A DNA stretch of 64,000 nucleotides from Eledone cirrhosa. Its lineage: Eukaryota. Shown in pieces: positions 1 to 13,560 of the stretch. Position numbers and translations under genes: made by a program. Below the pieces are notes generated by a model, which was given only the letters and a program-made list of their open reading frames with translations, did not search any database and was not told where the DNA came from. Each line of letters begins with the position of its first letter. The stretch's first letter is position 1. Where the stretch lies: assembly GCA_964016885.1 (NCBI GenBank), contig OZ024743.1:118668001-118732000 (forward strand). The letters are read 5' to 3'.

Positions 1-400
1 CCACAGACCCGGCGGACAGGATGGAGAAGGCGTTTTCCCGGAGGATGGTAAGGGAGCTGTGCTGGAAGAGCCATTCCAACTCGCGAGGCTCACACGTGCG
101 TCTGGCCCAGCTCAGTGCCTATGGTGGTGTGTAGGGAGGTAGCCCTAGGGCCAAGGACACCAAAAGTCTCCACTCTCAAGGGCACTATCGCGAACCTGTC
201 GGAGAGCGACCGGTATTTGGAGAGTTTGGCCTCCTCAGCCCGACGTGCAGCAGAACCTGGGTTAGTCGCAGACTGCACCAGGTTGCGGCTGGAGAAAGTG
301 TCGCTGCAAGTGGTATCCCAGACGAGGCGTTTGCCACCGCGGAACGGGAAGATGGTCATGCCTGTTGGCCTTTTGCCGTCCCCTCGGTCCAATGTCCATT
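1..400 (-). mobile_element. 3' fragment of a CRE-like non-LTR retrotransposon (restriction-like endonuclease domain)
   Basis: ORF 90..392(-) has DGKRP(T)GMT..P...GKRLVWDTTCSDT, GSAARRAEEAKLSKY and PLRVETFGVLGP, which are CRE-type RLE motifs. It continues out of frame as LEWLFQHSSLTILRENA. The catalytic RPD reads RPT. Confidence 0.8.
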
Positions 401-859
401 AAGGGATGACAATATAGTTTGACAGCAGTAGGTATTATACCATATACAAATTTCGTCAATCTGTCCCTACAAATTCATAGATATTTTTACTTACATATAT
501 TTCTATGCCAAAGATCGATATACCGTTGTTTGACCTATCGTGCAAGAACGTTATGACTTCATTCGGTGAACGCTGCAATAATTTTCTTTTATTCATTTCA
601 CTGTGCATTTTAAAAAAATGGGTGGCGCCTATTTTGTCATGAAATTATAATTCAATTAGTGCCGTCTTTTCCTCTTTCTCAGACATAGTGTTTTTCACAA
701 AATTTATATGCATGTGTTTATGTTATTATGCTATTGAGTCATTTCTTTTGCACAAAGTGCAACATTACATCACAATCTGATGTACATTCCATGAAATGGC
801 AATGATTTATTTTTGTTTCTATTTCTTCTACATGCTATGGTCTATAATTTTATTTCTTC

Positions 860-1003
860 ATATATTTCTCATTCTATCATCTGATGAGAGACGAACGTCC
901 GAAATTTTAAGAGACTTTTCTTACTTTATCAAACGTTAAACTAAACTAATATGTATCCTCGTTGTGGTGTATTGTTTTCCCCTGCATTTATTCGGTTACT
1001 TTT

Positions 1004-1005
<2 letters not shown>
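860..1005 (+). mobile_element. Diverged HHR-bearing pLTR-like remnant (family A)
   Basis: CTGATGA-GAGAC GAAC GTCC-GAAA at 881-904. Flanks resemble the copies at 6055-6279 and 19938-20158. Ends at (TA)n. Confidence 0.5.
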
Positions 1006-1061
<56 letters not shown>

Positions 1062-1062
<1 letters not shown>

Positions 1063-1456
1063 TAGTAGTGGTGCTCTGAAATAGCGATATATACATGAAT
1101 CTATGTATAGTATATTTGGCAATATACTGTATGTTTAATTAAAAACATTTAGAAGACCATTCGCTATTAGTTTTAAAGTAGTGACTATGTCACTTACATA
1201 TTTTCAGCGAAAGTAAGGGAGAGTGATTGACAGACTATTTCTAGCTGGTTGTCGTTTATCAAAACCACACACTCCCCTGCTTTCGCCGAAAATTATAGAA
1301 ATTTTATTCTTATAAAATTCCTGTAATAATCAGTAGCTGATTATATAGAGCGATTGTCGGTCCAGCAAAAATTAGGTATTAGGATTGGTGCTCTAAAATA
1401 GCGATGTATGCATGAATGTATGTATAGTATATTTGGCAATATACCGTATGTTTATA
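1062..1456 (-). mobile_element. Retrozyme-like non-coding element (family B), ~317-nt unit plus ~78-nt direct repeat
   Basis: GTGCTCT(G/A)AAATAGCGAT...TATGTTTA is repeated at 1071 and 1388. Internal HHR and several hairpins. Flanked by microsatellites. Second copy at 32930-33327. Confidence 0.7.
1223..1268 (-). ncRNA. Type I hammerhead ribozyme motif, U3-A8 core, degraded stem II
   Basis: Minus strand: GTGGTT-TTGATAA-ACGACAACCAGCTA-GAAA-TAGTCT-GTC-AATCAC. Stem I is 6 bp with one G-U. Confidence 0.55.
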
Positions 1457-1631
1457 TATATGTGTGCGTGTGTGTGGGTGTGTAGGTGGGTGTGAGTGAG
1501 AGAGGGAGAGGGGGGTGTAATTTGTATATCTAATGATATCTGGTTTGTTTAAAAATAAACATTTGAAAGCCAAAACCATTAACTATGAATTATGGAAGCT
1601 GGTAGCTAGTTACAACAGAAACGAGTAGGAA

Positions 1632-1675
1632 ATTACCGACGGCCGTTTCTGACTCATGGTTCTTATCAAGGTAAT
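1632..1675 (-). ncRNA. Type I hammerhead ribozyme motif, U3-A8 core
   Basis: Minus strand: ATTACC-TTGATAA-GAACCATGAGTCA-GAAAC-GGCC-GTC-GGTAAT. Perfect 6-bp stem I, palindromic loop III, GUC cleavage triplet. Stem II is weak. Confidence 0.6.
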
Positions 1676-3274
1676 GCTCCCCTTTACCTTGCTTTCTGCT
1701 AGAACTCAATGTAGGTGAATACGTTTAGGTTTTACGCCTATGTACATGGTCTGTTGTTTCCTTGTGCACATTGTCCATTGGCCTAGATTCTCAACCGTTG
1801 GTTTATTTACATTTTTTCTGATCACCAAGTTTAAGTTTAAAGTAAGCTAAGCATGCTCTTTTCACAAATTCAATAATGTTCATTCTTTGATTTGGTACTG
1901 AAAAAATACTGCATATATAGCAAAAAGAGTCACAGGATTGCAAACATTTTCTTCGTAATGTACACTACTGCCATTTCTTAAAATCAAACTGAAAAGAGGG
2001 AAAATAATTATGAGATATGGTATATTTATATATCTATGTGTATCTAGATAGATAAAAAGATGTCTAAATACATAGATAGATTAAAATATCAACATAAATT
2101 ATTATCTATTGTATCACTTGTAGCTGTGGGCTGGTCCAACATGGACTAGCCCATAGATAAAAAATTTGACGTGATAGTAAAAATAATTTTCATTTTAAAA
2201 TGAAAATTATTTTAGCCGCCCCAAATTGCTCAAGGTCAGATCTCAAACTTAGGTCTCCAGCAAAATTTTGTTGACCACTGTAATCATCCTGATACTTGCA
2301 TATATATCACGAAATATGTATTGACTGAATCATCCCCAGCTTCGTTGCACGAATCAACAGCATAAAATGTGCTTTATATAGCACTACATCTAGACGTTTT
2401 GCTGACACAGACTATCATCAGTAATTAGTTCTGGTTTCCGAACGGGCATGTTTTTCTGCTGCAGTCACCACGAGTAAAAATGTATTAGTTTCCTTTTCAG
2501 CAATTTTTCATTTTCTTTTTCTTCTTCAATATTATATTTTTGTATCCCAACAGGATTTGCAGTGAAAACGTACAGTGGTGATTTCCAGAATTGTTATGCC
2601 ATGCCCTACTTCGATACATCAAAATGTTTGAAGCCCTCCAATCAATACGAAAGAAATTGATGTTGAAATATTATAATTTCAAATTTGTGTACATTTAATA
2701 TGAGATATTAAATGCGAGTAAAACTAAACACATAAATCATTTCAGTTCATATGTTACAGTTTTGAATTAACAAAATGTAATTTAATCGATAACACCGTTT
2801 TAAATTAACAATATTAGGTTAGTCGTGAAAATTCAAATTTTCATCATCTCAATTTAATAAGGTCCATGTGTTGGATATCATATTTATTGAAATTGGTTTT
2901 GATTTCAAGTACTAATCTTGGTAGCTTCTGTCTTATACATCCTCTTGTGCGTTTTGCATTCCGTGTCCTTCTTTTATCATTGCTGTAATTCTCAACAATA
3001 AAATCACAATCTACCCAATATGAAGTTTTGACATGTAACAAGGGCTCGTTTGCCAAACAATTTGTGTTTGAGTATTTAGTTTGGTCCAGTTTTAACAGAA
3101 TGACCATATTGTATTCGAGACTGTTCTTTCCACTTCATTTCCATTTCAGATACATCCACTAGCAATGGATAGGTTAGTAAATACGGAAATGTTATTAATT
3201 TCAAATACGAAAATCAGTAGTTTCAAATGATCCATAATTATTAGTACGGCATCATTACGTACATCACACTTACA

Positions 3275-3655
3275 TCTATATATATAAAACTGTGGTTGTC
3301 TGTCTGTCTATCGATTTTTGGCACACATCTCCTCTTAGAATCTCTGACGGAATTGCACCGAAATTGCTATACTTGTACATTGAGCCCTAGCGAAGACATC
3401 GGAAAAAAAATATTTCAAATTGACCCACCCTATGTGACGAAATCGAATATAATGTATCGATTTTTGAGCGTAAGTTATCAGTTATTTCCCTTTGTTCTGT
3501 TTACATTGAGCGTCTTACGTAAAAAATTACGCTGGCTTTCTCAGCGTTTAAAATGACATTAACACAATACACGAACAGTTGTCGAGCCAGCAAAATATTG
3601 ACCTGCAAAATTCATCAGTTCGAACACTAAGCTTCCGTTTTGCTCAGTCTGCTAG
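3275..3655 (+). mobile_element. Possible non-autonomous Helitron-like element
   Basis: Starts A|TCTATATATATAAAA followed by (GTCT)n and ends CTAG|T. A 3' hairpin is not clear. Confidence 0.4.
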
Positions 3656-4467
3656 TAATAACAGTTAATTCTGCTTCATTCACTTTCTAGCATCTAAAAA
3701 TGAAGACTGTACTTAATGATGTATCCCCTTATATTTGGGATTTAAAGGAATAGACAGAATGCTCATGGATGGAAAACCTTTAATCATAATTCTGCTTGCA
3801 CAGTCTACTCTGAAACTGGAAAAATAACAACTCAAATAAGTTCTTGTAATTGTTGTTGTTGTTTAGCTTAGGGAATCCTTAAATGAACAGACTTATGATC
3901 AAGAACATTCTAGTCGTTACGTTCCTGTATTTTTCTCATGCACTGTGCAACGAAAATAAAATCATCCAATATGTTCAATAATGTAAGAGAGTTTCTGCAA
4001 TTATTTCTAGCAAGTCGGGCAGCCACGAAGAGATGCCTTACTTTTGAAGCTTATTTCACAAAAGTTAGTTTCAAGTTTTCTTTAGGGTATAGGATGCGAC
4101 ACAATTACCCGTTTATTAAATGACCATGACTCAATGAATAGCATCTCAACCAGGGTATATTGTTTATGAACAAAACTAAAACCATTTGAAGTTAATACTT
4201 CAGTTTCTAATCATTCAGAATCAAAGGCAGAAAATTAAATGTTCCATCTCACGGATGAAAAAAGTGTCGTATGCATAAATACGTCACCTCTTGCCTATGA
4301 CGGAAATTTCAGCCCTGTAATGACTTAATATAACGGGTGGAGGAGTTCCTCAGTTCTGCATTCACCGGATCTCAGCTTCTTTGATAATTATTCTTAAATT
4401 TAATAGGATAAACTTTAAATGTATATATATATATAAATAAATAAATATATATATATATATATTTATT

Positions 4468-5051
4468 TAGTAAGTAAGTTAATTTTTAATTTTTTTTAAA
4501 TTTTCTTATTTTACGTCTTTCATATAATTGTTCTGCATCCTCCTGCATTGAACCACCTAGGTACTATGACATAACTTATGTATTTGCTAGCATTAGTGTA
4601 CATATGTACGCATATGTTGGTAGATATACTAATTCTCTATATTTATCTCCAAATTATTTATTTGTTGAGCAAACCTGCCAAATCCACTACTAATTCATTG
4701 GTGTGGTAGTAGGCTTTTGTCATCTTACCACTCCACTCCTTCCGACTAGCCTCAGTGTCACGTGATTGATTCTTTAGAATCTGCCATTTGACCAGAGACA
4801 GTGAACTTTTTCAGTGCATGGAATTCAGACCCCGCTAGCTGTTCCATCCACCGATTTATTATTTTTATATGAGTCCCTAGTGTCCGCGCATTGCCTGGAG
4901 ACTTAGCTGAGAATAGACTCCCTGATGACGTAATGAATTCTCGATGGTTACATTACATAACCATCTTTATCCCATTACAGAAACTAATTAGTTGGAGTGA
5001 AAATTTTAGTAAGTTAATTTTTAATTTTTTTAAATTTTCTTATTTTACGTC

Positions 5052-5058
<7 letters not shown>
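4468..5058 (+). mobile_element. Retrozyme-like non-coding element (family I), ~535-nt unit plus ~50-nt direct repeat
   Basis: AGTAAGTTAATTTTTAA...TTTTACGTCTTTCATATA occurs at 4473 and 5008. One intact HHR lies just upstream of the second repeat. (TA)n on both sides. Confidence 0.75.
4917..4998 (+). ncRNA. Type I hammerhead ribozyme with extended stem II
   Basis: ACTCC-CTGATGA-C-GTAATG...[GATGGTTA/TAACCATC]...CATTAC-A-GAAAC-TAATTA-GTT-GGAGT. Perfect stem I and palindromic stem/loop III. Predicted cut after 4993. Confidence 0.85.
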
Positions 5059-5111
<53 letters not shown>

Positions 5112-5113
<2 letters not shown>

Positions 5114-5260
5114 CAAAGGAAATGTGGTAAGGAACCAGATGGACCATAACGCACCAGAGTACTCAATACTTAGAGTAATAGAGTGGGAAATAGGAAAAAG
5201 TATGGACTAGAAATAGCCGTCGAAACGGCTTGAGCTCTGCCGTCGGGGGTCATACTTTTT

Positions 5261-5263
<3 letters not shown>
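5112..5263 (-). mobile_element. Family H short element with internal inversion
   Basis: Reverse complement of the 3' part is joined to forward TAGCCGTCGAAACGGCTTGAGC...TTCCT. Inserted in (TA)n. Confidence 0.75.
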
Positions 5264-5344
<81 letters not shown>

Positions 5345-5393
5345 CATATATATATATATATTTATAAATATATATATATATATTTATATATAC

Positions 5394-5443
<50 letters not shown>

Positions 5444-5445
<2 letters not shown>

Positions 5446-5580
5446 TCCAGAATTAGCCGTCGAAACGGGTTGAGCTCAGCCGTCGGGGTCCTACTCGTTC
5501 CTATTACCCACTCTACTACCCTAAGTATTGAGTACATTGGTGCGTTATGGTCCACCTGGTTCCTTACCACATTTCTTCCG

Positions 5581-5582
<2 letters not shown>
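5444..5582 (+). mobile_element. Family H short element, colinear copy
   Basis: GGTCCAGAATTAGCCGTCGAAAC...CCTTACCACATTTCTTCCGTT between (TA)n tracts. Highly similar to four other copies in the window. Confidence 0.75.
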
Positions 5583-5648
<66 letters not shown>

Positions 5649-6054
5649 GCGCGCGCGGTTACATGTGTGTATGTGAATATTCCTATGGATTAATTTTTCA
5701 AATTTCTCCCCACTTCAGAAAGAGTCAGACTCCAGCTGTGAAACAATTCTCCTACATTGGAATTTAGACAACTGGGACTATGTAGTATTATACGTGAGCA
5801 TGTATATATGTATCTAAACACGTATCTAAGTGTGTTTGGTTATGTTTTATGCATGCATACCAGTTTGTGTACGGATCTGGAGTTTTGACTAACGCATATG
5901 TACATATACAATAAGTTTGTCTCTAAACACTCTAGTGGCTGAACTTCTTAAATGTGGAATTCTGGTTTGTAATTGCAATATATGCAATATATGTAAAATA
6001 TTCATGTTTGCTTGTATACACACACACTATATATATATATGTGTGTGTGTGTGT

Positions 6055-6279
6055 GTAAAAGGTAAACAGAAATAACAACACAATCGGTACAGTATATGGA
6101 AAGTATATATTAGGTTAACGCTTGATATAGCAGGAAGAGGGTCTTAACGTTTCGGACGCTAGTTCTTCATCAGAAGAAAGAATGAGAAATAATATAGATT
6201 GAGGGGACGGGCGGGATGGAATTGGAAAATATGTCTTTAGATAAAAATAGCTGGTCCATTCATGTTGACATCTCTTCCA
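6055..6279 (-). mobile_element. HHR-bearing pLTR-like repeat (family A); HHR at 6142-6177
   Basis: Near-identical to 19938-20158. Minus strand reads TCTT-CTGATGA-A-GAACTAGCGTCC-GAAACGTT-AAGA. Confidence 0.75.
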
Positions 6280-6329
6280 AATATATAGATATATGTATAA
6301 TAGTGTTTTGAGGCTGAATTTGATAGTTT

Positions 6330-6700
6330 TTTTAAGGAAAAAGGAGAGAAATTGGCCGGTATCCTGCAGAATCATTTGAAGGATTCCCGGGTTTCAGGAT
6401 GGAGATTACCGTGGCTTCCTTCTAGATCTTCGGGATAAACCAGTTAAGTGGATGATTGTAAAGAGATAGGCCAGCCAGTCTCGCGCAATTGTTTCTTAAG
6501 GAATTCAGGTTATATGCGGTCCATTCCTGTTGTTGTCTTGCTTGTTTTGGTGGATGAAGGGCCAGTATTTATATCCCTTATGGTTTAAGGTCTAACAAGT
6601 ATGGTACACTTCCGTGAAGATGAGTAGGCTGCTGAGAGATTCTTACAGTCTTCTTGGCGTGCCTCCTTGGTTGAGAGCTCTACCCTTCATACTGAAGTGT
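6330..6700 (-). pseudogene. Degenerate non-LTR retrotransposon RT N-terminal fragment
   Basis: Minus-strand translation includes KEATVISILKPGNPSNDSAGYRPISLL. Confidence 0.65.
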
Positions 6701-6757
6701 CAGTATCTAACCAACAAATACTCAAATTTATATTTATATATATATATATATATATAT

Positions 6758-6920
6758 AGGAAAAGAGTCAGGTCCCCGACAGCTATCTAGCAGTCGAAAC
6801 GGCCGGAGCTCAGCCGTCGGGAACCTGACTCTTGCCTATTATCCACTCTACTACCCTAAGTATCGAGTACTCTGGTGCATTATGGTCCACCTGGTTCCTT
6901 ACCACACTTTCTTTGTTCTT
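6758..6920 (+). mobile_element. Family H element with 27-bp inverted 5' arm
   Basis: 6758-6784 is the imperfect reverse complement of 6812-6837. It is followed by the family H 3' tail and (TA)n. Confidence 0.7.
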
Positions 6921-6942
6921 TATATATGTATATATATATATA

Positions 6943-7021
6943 CAGGGTGTCTCCCCAAAATGTATACATATTTATATTAGAATGCTGTTAAAATGTGCAT
7001 ACATTTTTGAGGGCCACCCTG
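6943..7021. mobile_element. 79-bp Tc1/mariner-type MITE
   Basis: TA|CAGGGTG...CACCCTG|TA with ~30-bp imperfect TIRs. Confidence 0.7.
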
Positions 7022-7927
7022 TATATATATGCATGTGTGTTTGTGTGTGAAATTTTAGTGCATTTACAGCTTCAGGTAGCCATCAATTACTAACACACAT
7101 GTTAAACTATAGTCAAAATCTAATCATGTTTAACGACATATCTTCAAATGTGGGTAGCTCCTACGAAACGATAACAAAACATTGGACAATATTTTTATAG
7201 TAGGAACAATGTTATGATAAACTAGGAAATTATGTTATATATTCATCACTGTCATACGCACATCAAGATGAACACACATACATACACAGACAGCACACAC
7301 ACACGTACACACACAACATACACACACATATATACACGCAGGACACACAAGTAGCACACATACACAGCATGCATACAAACACACACGCACACACACATAT
7401 ATATTCATATAACACCCATTTTTAGTAGCCAAAAATAAAAAGCACAAAATATACCAAACATCTTGGCAGTTCTTTGCAAAACTTTAAAAATATGAATTTC
7501 TATGGACAGACGACCTATAGCAGGCAAAAGTCCCAGTGCGTCAAAGTGAGTCTCCAATTCCATTAAGCCAAGAATCCAGTCTCAAATATTACTGAATCGA
7601 TCAATCATCTACGTATGGCAATATAATCTAACTTAGATTCTTTCTTTTTTTTTCTGACACTTGAAAATAAATGAAATAAAGTATTATTATGTTTTTTAAA
7701 TTTAAATATTAATACTCTCAGATAATTGGGATATATTTATTTTATTTAGTTAATTATTCCATTTTTTGTTTTATATATTTATTTATTTATTCATTTAAGT
7801 ATTTTTATATGATCATATTTCTTTGCAGGTATCTAACTATTAACCAATTTCAGATTGCTGTGACACAAAGGCATCATTCGTGGCATCTGGCCTGAGTGTT
7901 TCAGTTATTGCAGAGTTACACACACAA

Positions 7928-8110
<183 letters not shown>

Positions 8111-8289
8111 TATATACATATATATGTAGTAGGTATGATGTCTTATTTGCTTGTTTCTGAGTTGGCAACCCTCACTCATAGTCTGTTTTCATTGCTCTAG
8201 AGGCTGGTCAATGAAAAATATATATGTAATGTAGAGGGTTGATTGTGATTTTTATTATAATACTGGGACAAATGCAACTAATACTACCC

Positions 8290-9065
8290 TCAGTTGTGAT
8301 CTGTGTAGTTGCTCTAGATAGGCTCCATAAGCCAGGATCCGGTTACTGGAAGCTGAACGCTTTATTCACGGCGCAGAAAGCCAACAGAGACTGGATTAGG
8401 GAATTAGATAAGCGGGCGTTGACGGAGGAAATCGTCAACAACAAATGGTAGTTCGTCGTGAAAAGAGCGATTAGAATAGAATCTATAGGGTTTAGTAAAG
8501 TTGTAGCGACAGAAAAAAGTTTAGGGAGTGTTAGAAAGCCTAACTTGCTTGTGAAATGATTGACCCCCCCATGACCAATGTTTCAACTATGCACCAAGGC
8601 TGCGTTATGAGAGTTAGAGCACGTGATTTGGTCCCCAAGTACATGAGGTGCGGCGTGGCAACAAACTTACAATCCGGTCTTTAGTGCATCAAGAGTGGTG
8701 CGTGTTACACGATCCCAAGCAGAAGTTTGCGTCTTTTCGGTTGTTTGGGAGCAGTGGCACTGGTGAGAAGGAATTCGAACAATAGGGACGACATGGATAA
8801 TTTTAGACACATAATTCTACTAAAGACTTTGGGATAAGTGTTAATACTTTTGGCCAAGGTTAGTGTTTGTCATGGGAGTCTGGTGGGAGAGGTTCACACA
8901 TGTACTATTCCAAACAGATGCATCAACGCCAACCTCCTCCTCATATGATACATCATAGAGAGGGTGGAGTCTTTCATTCAAAAGCATTTTATAGTGTTGA
9001 CCATCTTTTAGCGGTGTTTAGAGTGAACAGTTGACCTCTCGGAACCATTCCACATTATCCGAATG
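8290..9065 (+). pseudogene. Degenerate Tx1/L1-like LINE ORF2 fragment
   Basis: KPGSGYWKLN and GAVALVRRNSNNRDDMDNFR motifs. Homologous to 42200-44640. Confidence 0.65.
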
Positions 9066-9772
9066 GTCACCAACGGGATCCACTGTCGTTTCTCTTGTAT
9101 GCATTGCCTCTCGAACTACTGCTGTACAGATTGGAAACCTTAATGGAGATCCGTAAACGTAGTGATATCGAGCAACAAATACATCGAGTTGATAGGAAAT
9201 GCTCTCATGCATTACAAAGCGGTGACAAAACTCCTCAAGTAAGCAATTTTCGGACACTGGAAATTATTTACTTGTGTGTGTCGAGAACCAGCAATGCCCC
9301 TCAGTAGCATTGCCAGGCCTAGGATTTCTATAAATTCTCCATAGTCCCCGGGCCGAAAATTTCCCGGATCAGTTTGCTGGTCATTATGTTCATGCGTTTG
9401 AATTCACTCAATTTCCAATTTATGACATTAAAGCATAGGCACCGTACAACAGGCATAGACATGCAGTTTATAGTTTTCATTCTATTCCAGGAGTTCATCT
9501 CAGTATTCAGGACCTTTCGATTAGGTTTATAATATTTTTCCTGATCTTTTTCATTGAACCGTTTACATCTATATACTAAAAAAAACTTTCTTAATTCAGA
9601 TCCTTGATAGATATATTAACATTATCAAATTAGGTCGAGGTAGTTCCGCGTTTAAATGTAGCTTTCACACACTTATCTAGGCGAAATACCATGTTGATAC
9701 CATCACTGATTTTTTTTCGTAGTTACCATAGCCCTTTCAAATCTTTTGTCCTCTTTCGCATATAATTTCAGA

Positions 9773-10566
9773 TCAACCATGTAGAACAAGTGTATATAGG
9801 AAATAGATAGTCTGCAAATCAAGCCCACATACAAAATCTAAGAAGGTAGTATATAGCATAAGAAGTACTGTGGGGCAATGTAAGAATAAGAACACAATGG
9901 CATAGAAGAACACAATGGCATAGAAGAAAAGGTAAATGAATACTGGTGAGAGCTTCAAGTTGGGAAAATCTAGTCAGTACTCCACTAGCATGTCAAAATA
10001 TAACATAGGGGCGCACTACAGAACATAGAGATAAAAATGATATCCACACTCAGATAAGACGCAATACTCCGACAAATTACAAAAGCGATAGACATAAACG
10101 AACTCCAACCAAAATTAAACAGGAAGCATGATGGCAATAGCAACAACATCACAACTAGTAATTGAGGACAATATCGAGACATACAGAGACTGACAAGAAC
10201 AAAACTAATAAAACAAACACGACACACACAGATAGAACAAGCAAGCAGCAAGTGACAAGTAAATAAACACATAAATAAAAACACACATACACACAAACAC
10301 ACACACACGGATGTAACGCATGCGCAAACCAAGTAAACAGCACGCAACACACAAAACATGATCGTGTGGGACAAAACAAAGGAGCGACACAAAATAAGAA
10401 ATTAGTCACTGAGGAGGTTACAGAATGTGTGACGAAAGAGCTTTGGCAATATATAAAAAACCATCTGGTTATTGAACCAACCAATCGGAAATTTATGATA
10501 AATTGAAGTGAAAACCAACAGGTGTGTGTTTTATTAACAGCATGACCCCCCCAAAGTTTAACAATA
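9773..10566 (+). mobile_element. Old PLE family D 3' fragment (decayed GIY-YIG plus pLTR with HHR at 10405-10447)
   Basis: Colinear with 52020-52978. Contains GTCA-CTGAGGA-GGTTACAGAATGTGTGAC-GAAA-GAGC-TT-TGGC. Ends at TAACAA|TAT with no tail. Confidence 0.85.
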
Positions 10567-10762
10567 TATGTATATATGTATATCAGTTCGGGGTGTAATG
10601 TTAGTTACAGATGGTGCACCAGTTTGAGTACCCAATGCTGTTACAAAGGTCTAACTGTCGTGGTGGGTTTTTAAACACGCTTTTCCACCGGCTGTAACAA
10701 CGAATCAAATTGCATCAATCTTCATACTTTGTTCCAGCCTCCTTATGTATATATATTCATAT

Positions 10763-10884
<122 letters not shown>

Positions 10885-12599
10885 TGAAAGGATGAGATAC
10901 AGATAGGGAGGGTGATAGTTAGATATATTGAAATGTTATATTTAATTTCCTTTGAAATATCATATGAAAAATACAAAATGCTATAAGATTTTACGATAGG
11001 TCATTGTTAATTGAAATTAACGGAGCTGGTTTTTGAAACTTCTGTATTCAAATGATAAAAAATAATAATTTGCAAATATACATGAAAACCAATATGACCT
11101 TTTATTGTTAAAGTTGGTGTTTTAAAATCAAATTCATTGGCTATATTTCTATTTAGTTAAGATGAAGTACAATTTTACACTTGAAACAAATACCTAGAAA
11201 ATAAGGTGGTAGTGCAATGTTAAGGGTCTTCTTTTCTTCCTACTGATTTTCAACTTAGTCAAGTACTTTGTATTATAATTCAATAGGCAAAAACAAACCG
11301 ATGGATGGTTGATAATATAAGTGTTCAAAACAAAAGCACATAATGACTTTTGTGACAAATTTTCTACTTACTAGGAACTTTCAATTGTATATAATTTGAC
11401 CTTATTATCAGTACTATAGTTTCGCTTCATGAACTTACAAAGAATGTCTATGTTTGGAGAATTTAGAATGTAATATATCTATAAGTAAATTTGATTTTCT
11501 TCTTTTGTCTCGACAATTCACAAGAAAATGAATACAAAGATGAAAACGGAAAAAAAAGAGACTGTCGTGATGAACTTTAGAGAAAGGTTCATTTCCGTAT
11601 TGCCCCTGACACGCTACAGAATCAGTGAAAACAATGTCGATAAGAATACGCAAACATCCAACTTTAACAAATGTTATTTCATACATATTACTATAGAACC
11701 AGGAATTATCAAGGATTTTTTTACATTATATTTAAGACAGAATTTCATAGAGAAAAAGATTATAATCATTTTCAATTATACAACATATATATTACTAGCA
11801 ATTACTCGATTCGCGGACTAATGAAAAGCCTCAGTGACTGTTGTTTCTAATCAATTCAGTAACCAAAATGTCCTTGTCATTGATATAATATGGAATGTAA
11901 CCCAGAATAAATGTTGGTACATTTACTTGGTGAGTGTCGGATCACAAAGTCGATAAATACGATGATGAGGTTATAGTGATACCAAAACCCCTCGAGTTCT
12001 CTCCTGAACTTAACGGTACAACGAAAATAATGTTAGTTATTGATTAATAATGTTCTTTACTCACAGCAAAATGTTTTTCTATTCTTTCATTTCAAACTAC
12101 TCGGCATTAAATAGGTTAACAGAAACTTAGCAATTTTATCCTAGATTGCTTTTTAATGTTCCTTTCATTAAATGTGTTAGCACTTATACAACTCAACTAT
12201 TCAACAATATTACGACCAAATAAGAATAAAAAAAACTTAAAAAGATACTATTGACACTTTTATTTTTTCGCATGTTAGTGCATAACTTCACATTATTACA
12301 AAAGAAATAGTAAGACTCGCCGTTCATGATTTTCCTACGTGACTTTCAATGACACATAACAACAGATGTAATAGCTTCAAATGGATAGCTGGTCATGTAT
12401 TCAATTTATTGGAGCTTACGTTCTCACTGAAGGTGCACGCCAGTAGGATGATGATGATGATAATAAATACAATAATAATGATAACAATGACAATAAAAAT
12501 AATTCTAGGTTTTCTATCAATACCCTGTATTTTCTCATTTTCTCAAAGTTTCAGTTAATGATACCAGCCCCGTTGATATATATGTTGAAATTTTATCTC

Positions 12600-13560
12600 T
12601 TCAAGTCCAATTTAAACAATTTCTTCATCCATAATACTATTGCAGTATGTCTCATATTATTATCCTTTAAGTTTACTAACAATGACCAATAAAGTTCATA
12701 AGAAAGAGATATAAATGGAGTGAATATAAAGCGATGTGAGGTGGAACAGATTTTATCAGTGTTGCAATGCATGATCACTATTTCTAAAATTACATGTCAG
12801 AAAAAGAAAAGAAAACACGGTGAAAGGTGTGCAAAACGAAGGAGAATTATGCCACAGAAAAAAAGAAATTTCTTATCACGGAAAGCAATGAAAAGACTGA
12901 AGGAGAAAATTGCTTGGAATTTTCTTTAAGATGATAAAATTTATAAACACTCAACATGAGTCAGGTTAAGAGGAAGGATCTAAAGAATGTCACAGAAGAC
13001 ACTATAATGACAACTGAAGTACAGGTCGTAAGGACACGCAGAACCAGAAGATATAGAAAAGCTAGATATATTGTCACCATATCGATTATGTGGCAAAAGA
13101 GAAGGCACTGTGGCTCACTAATTATGAGAATGTAAGAGCCTGGCGCAAATACTCTACAAAAGCTAGAAACGCAATAAAGTGTCATCAGTTATAAATTGAT
13201 AATAGTGTAAAAGACTCAGTATAGAATATCCAGAGGAGGTCCGAAGAAAAATAATATAGGACATGCAAAACTCTATATAATGGAAACAAGAACGTACAAA
13301 CTAGACGTTAACTACATCGGAGCAACAGAGTTGATTGAGAACGATACAAGAAAATACGATGGAAATAAATATATATCCAAATTTCAAAAACTGACGCATA
13401 TATACAACATACAAAAATAGCACTAGTAGGTACAGTTCAAATAATATCTAACGTACTTTCAATAAAACAGGAAACACGAAAACCCCGAAAGAGAACGGCA
13501 CACACCTAGCATACACATTGTTTCGTCCAGTTGTGTGGTAAACGCACATAGTAAAACAAC
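12600..13560 (+). pseudogene. Highly decayed R4/Dong-like RLE retrotransposon 3' region
   Basis: C-terminal remnants IGATELIE and NIQKIALVGTVQIISNVLS resemble the IGALG/QK.ALLGT..I...VL ending of this group. Confidence 0.45.

Noticed and set aside
2391-2423. HHR-like CTGATGA...AAAACGTC on the minus strand
   Set aside because: G12 is missing and the stems are weak. Possibly a decayed copy, but not supportable.
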